This document shows positions 62,248 through 64,000 of a stretch of DNA of 64,000 nucleotides, in pieces. The notes under the pieces were generated by a model. It did no database searches. It was not told the DNA's origin and saw nothing but the letters and a program-made list of their open reading frames with translations. This DNA comes from Candidatus Limnocylindrus sp. Its GTDB lineage: Bacteria > Chloroflexota > Limnocylindria > Limnocylindrales > Limnocylindraceae. Location of the stretch: the NCBI GenBank assembly GCA_040397175.1, contig JBBAWM010000001.1, positions 89,976-153,975 of the forward strand. The letters are read 5' to 3'. The translations under genes were made by a program, and so were the position numbers. Position 1 is the stretch's first letter; every line of letters starts with the position of its first letter.

Positions 62248-64000
62248 ATGGACGACCTTCGACGCTATCGTGCCACCCCGCCACCCATCACCGGCGTTGC
62301 CGCAATCACGACAGCCGACAACGGCGAGGTACGCAACCCAGACCCAACCGATCGCGCCGCCTGGCGCGAGTGGGTCTCAGCGTCGAAGACGCGCAACTGG
62401 CTGCGCCGCGATCCGCTCCTTGATTGGCTCGAGGTGCACGGCACCAGCAAGGGCTTCGCGAAAGATGTGGGCGCCGATGCCGATCCACCAAGCCCCTACG
62501 ACCTGCGCGAACTGCTCTTTGCCCAAGGGAATCGTTTCGAAGAGCGCATGTTTGAAATCCTCGAGCCGCGGGTTGCTTCGCACCGCAAGATTTCCGATGG
62601 CTGGCAGGCGACGCGCACGCTGGCCGCCGCCGAAGCAACCTTCGCCGCGATGCGCGAAGGAGTTGAGCTGATCGAGCAGGCGGTGGTGCGCAACCCCGAG
62701 GATCGCACCTACGGCGCCATTGACCTGCTGGTGCGCAGCGATGCGCTTGCGCGACTTGTTCCTGGCGTGATCGACCCGAGCGAGGCGGCGCTCTCTGCGC
62801 CGGCGCTTGCTCCCGAAGGTGGCGAGGCACCGCCGTGGCACTACGTGGTGGTTGACGTGAAGTTTTCCACGCTTGATCTTTCGGTGAGCGGATTCGCCGG
62901 CAGTTCGCATCGGCACTATGCCGGGCAGGTACTCGTCTACACCGCCGCGGTTGCACGGCTGCAGGGCTACTGCCCAGCAGAGGCGTACCTGCTCGGCCGT
63001 ACCTGGATGAGTAGCAAGGGGCGGGGGAGTGGCGCACTCGAGCGACTCGCTCGAGTGCCCGTTGAGCGCGAGAGCACGCGCGATGACGAGACCCCACTCA
63101 CTGTTGAGGTAGGCCGTGCACTGGAGTGGATCCGCACGGTGCGACGCGACGGTGCCGCCTGGGATGCCCTGCCACGCCCAACGCGCCAAGAGCTCTATCC
63201 AAACATGAACGCCGACCAGGACCAGCCGTGGAGCGAGGCGAAGCGCACGATCGCTCGCGAGATCGGCGAACTCACCTATCTCCCAGGTGTTGGGCCCGAC
63301 CTGCGTGACGCCGCCATCGCCGCGGGCATCAAACGCCGCGATGAAGCGGGGCTGTCGCCGGATCGCCTCGGCGTAACCGGTGATGCGCGACCGCGACGGC
63401 TCGCCGCGGTACTTGCCGCGAACGCAGTGCCTGAATCGGCTCCCGCCAACGCGAAGGTGCTTCCGGCAACTATTGAGCTCCGCGACGATGCGCACTGGCG
63501 CACGCCAGCACGCATTGAGTTTCATGTGGACTTTGAGAACTCGGGAAACCTGAACGATGACTTTACCAAGCTTCCGAGCGTTGTTGGGGCTTCGTGCATC
63601 TTCCAGATCGGCTGCCTCGTGTCGATTGATGGCCGTGAGCCGACTGTGGGCGAGATCGCCGCGGCAGCCAGCGCCGGTGCAAACGTGGGCGAGCGCCTCT
63701 TCACGCCGCGCGCCGAAGATGCCTCGTGGTTCCCCGCCTTCGGGCAGTGGAGCGGCGATCGGCTGAATGCGGCATCGGAGCGCGCCGTGCTCGATGCCTG
63801 GGTCGCCTTCATGAGCGCCTGGCGCACGTCGCTCAACCTCACGTGGGATGCGACGCGCATCGTGCACTGGTCGCCCGCCGAACGAAACTTGCTTTTCACC
63901 GCCGCTGATTCCGCCGCCGGCCGTCACTCAACCTGGTCGCTCCCTACCGAGATCGCCTGGTTCGACGCCTTTGACGAACTCGTCTACAAGGTGCCGGTCA
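62248..64000 (+). CDS. TM0106-like RecB-family nuclease with C-terminal RNase H-like domain (3' truncated; absent from the ORF track)
   Basis: Translated by hand: WVSASKTRNW..DPLLDWL, QGNRFE, YGAIDLLVRSD, VVDVKFS, GQVLVY, ELYPNM, LPGVGP, FHVDFE and HWSPAE; SD-like GGGGG. Confidence 0.85.
   Translation, partial: MDDLRRYRATPPPITGVAAITTADNGEVRNPDPTDRAAWREWVSASKTRNWLRRDPLLDWLEVHGTSKGFAKDVGADADPPSPYDLRELLFAQGNRFEERMFEILEPRVASHRKISDGWQATRTLAAAEATFAAMREGVELIEQAVVRNPEDRTYGAIDLLVRSDALARLVPGVIDPSEAALSAPALAPEGGEAPPWHYVVVDVKFSTLDLSVSGFAGSSHRHYAGQVLVYTAAVARLQGYCPAEAYLLGRTWMSSKGRGSGALERLARVPVERESTRDDETPLTVEVGRALEWIRTVRRDGAAWDALPRPTRQELYPNMNADQDQPWSEAKRTIAREIGELTYLPGVGPDLRDAAIAAGIKRRDEAGLSPDRLGVTGDARPRRLAAVLAANAVPESAPANAKVLPATIELRDDAHWRTPARIEFHVDFENSGNLNDDFTKLPSVVGASCIFQIGCLVSIDGREPTVGEIAAAASAGANVGERLFTPRAEDASWFPAFGQWSGDRLNAASERAVLDAWVAFMSAWRTSLNLTWDATRIVHWSPAERNLLFTAADSAAGRHSTWSLPTEIAWFDAFDELVYKVPV

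Noticed and set aside
62377-63927. 516-aa minus-strand ORF
   Set aside because: It is the antisense shadow of the plus-strand nuclease, which carries the recognisable motifs.

Overview
This is a GC-rich, very densely coded chromosomal segment. Its gene content (GuaB3, UPF0182, R3H-AAA, HNH, LCP, GSI-alpha glnA, PdxS/T) and tiny intergenic spaces suggest a streamlined monoderm bacterium, probably Chloroflexota such as the freshwater Limnocylindria; this is inferred, not checked. It holds about 55 CDS and three tRNAs (Pro-TGG, Pro-CGG, Arg-TCG). The first 34 kb is mostly housekeeping: pyrG, transaldolase, rho, obgE, nadD, rsfS, galE, cca, pdxST, tmk, guaB3, guaA, radC-mreBC, wzm/wzt, PPIase, mazG, rph, rdgB and LCP. 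The second half has glnA, a large SpoIID/FG-GAP/LysM protein, a two-component system next to a ferric-reductase/FMN-binding/ApbE flavinylation module, an amino-acid ABC transporter with a sarcosine-oxidase-like gene converging on two Rieske oxygenases, and a truncated TM0106-like nuclease. I found no integrase, IS element or CRISPR array. The best leads are a ParB-like N-terminal peptide on MazG, a Cys-flanked flavinylation site, a ~190-nt multi-helix RNA candidate after glnA, a long hairpin upstream of radC, pervasive leaderless starts (-10 box, 6 nt, start codon) and tRNA-Arg(UCG). All calls come from reading motifs by eye; no database searches were run.
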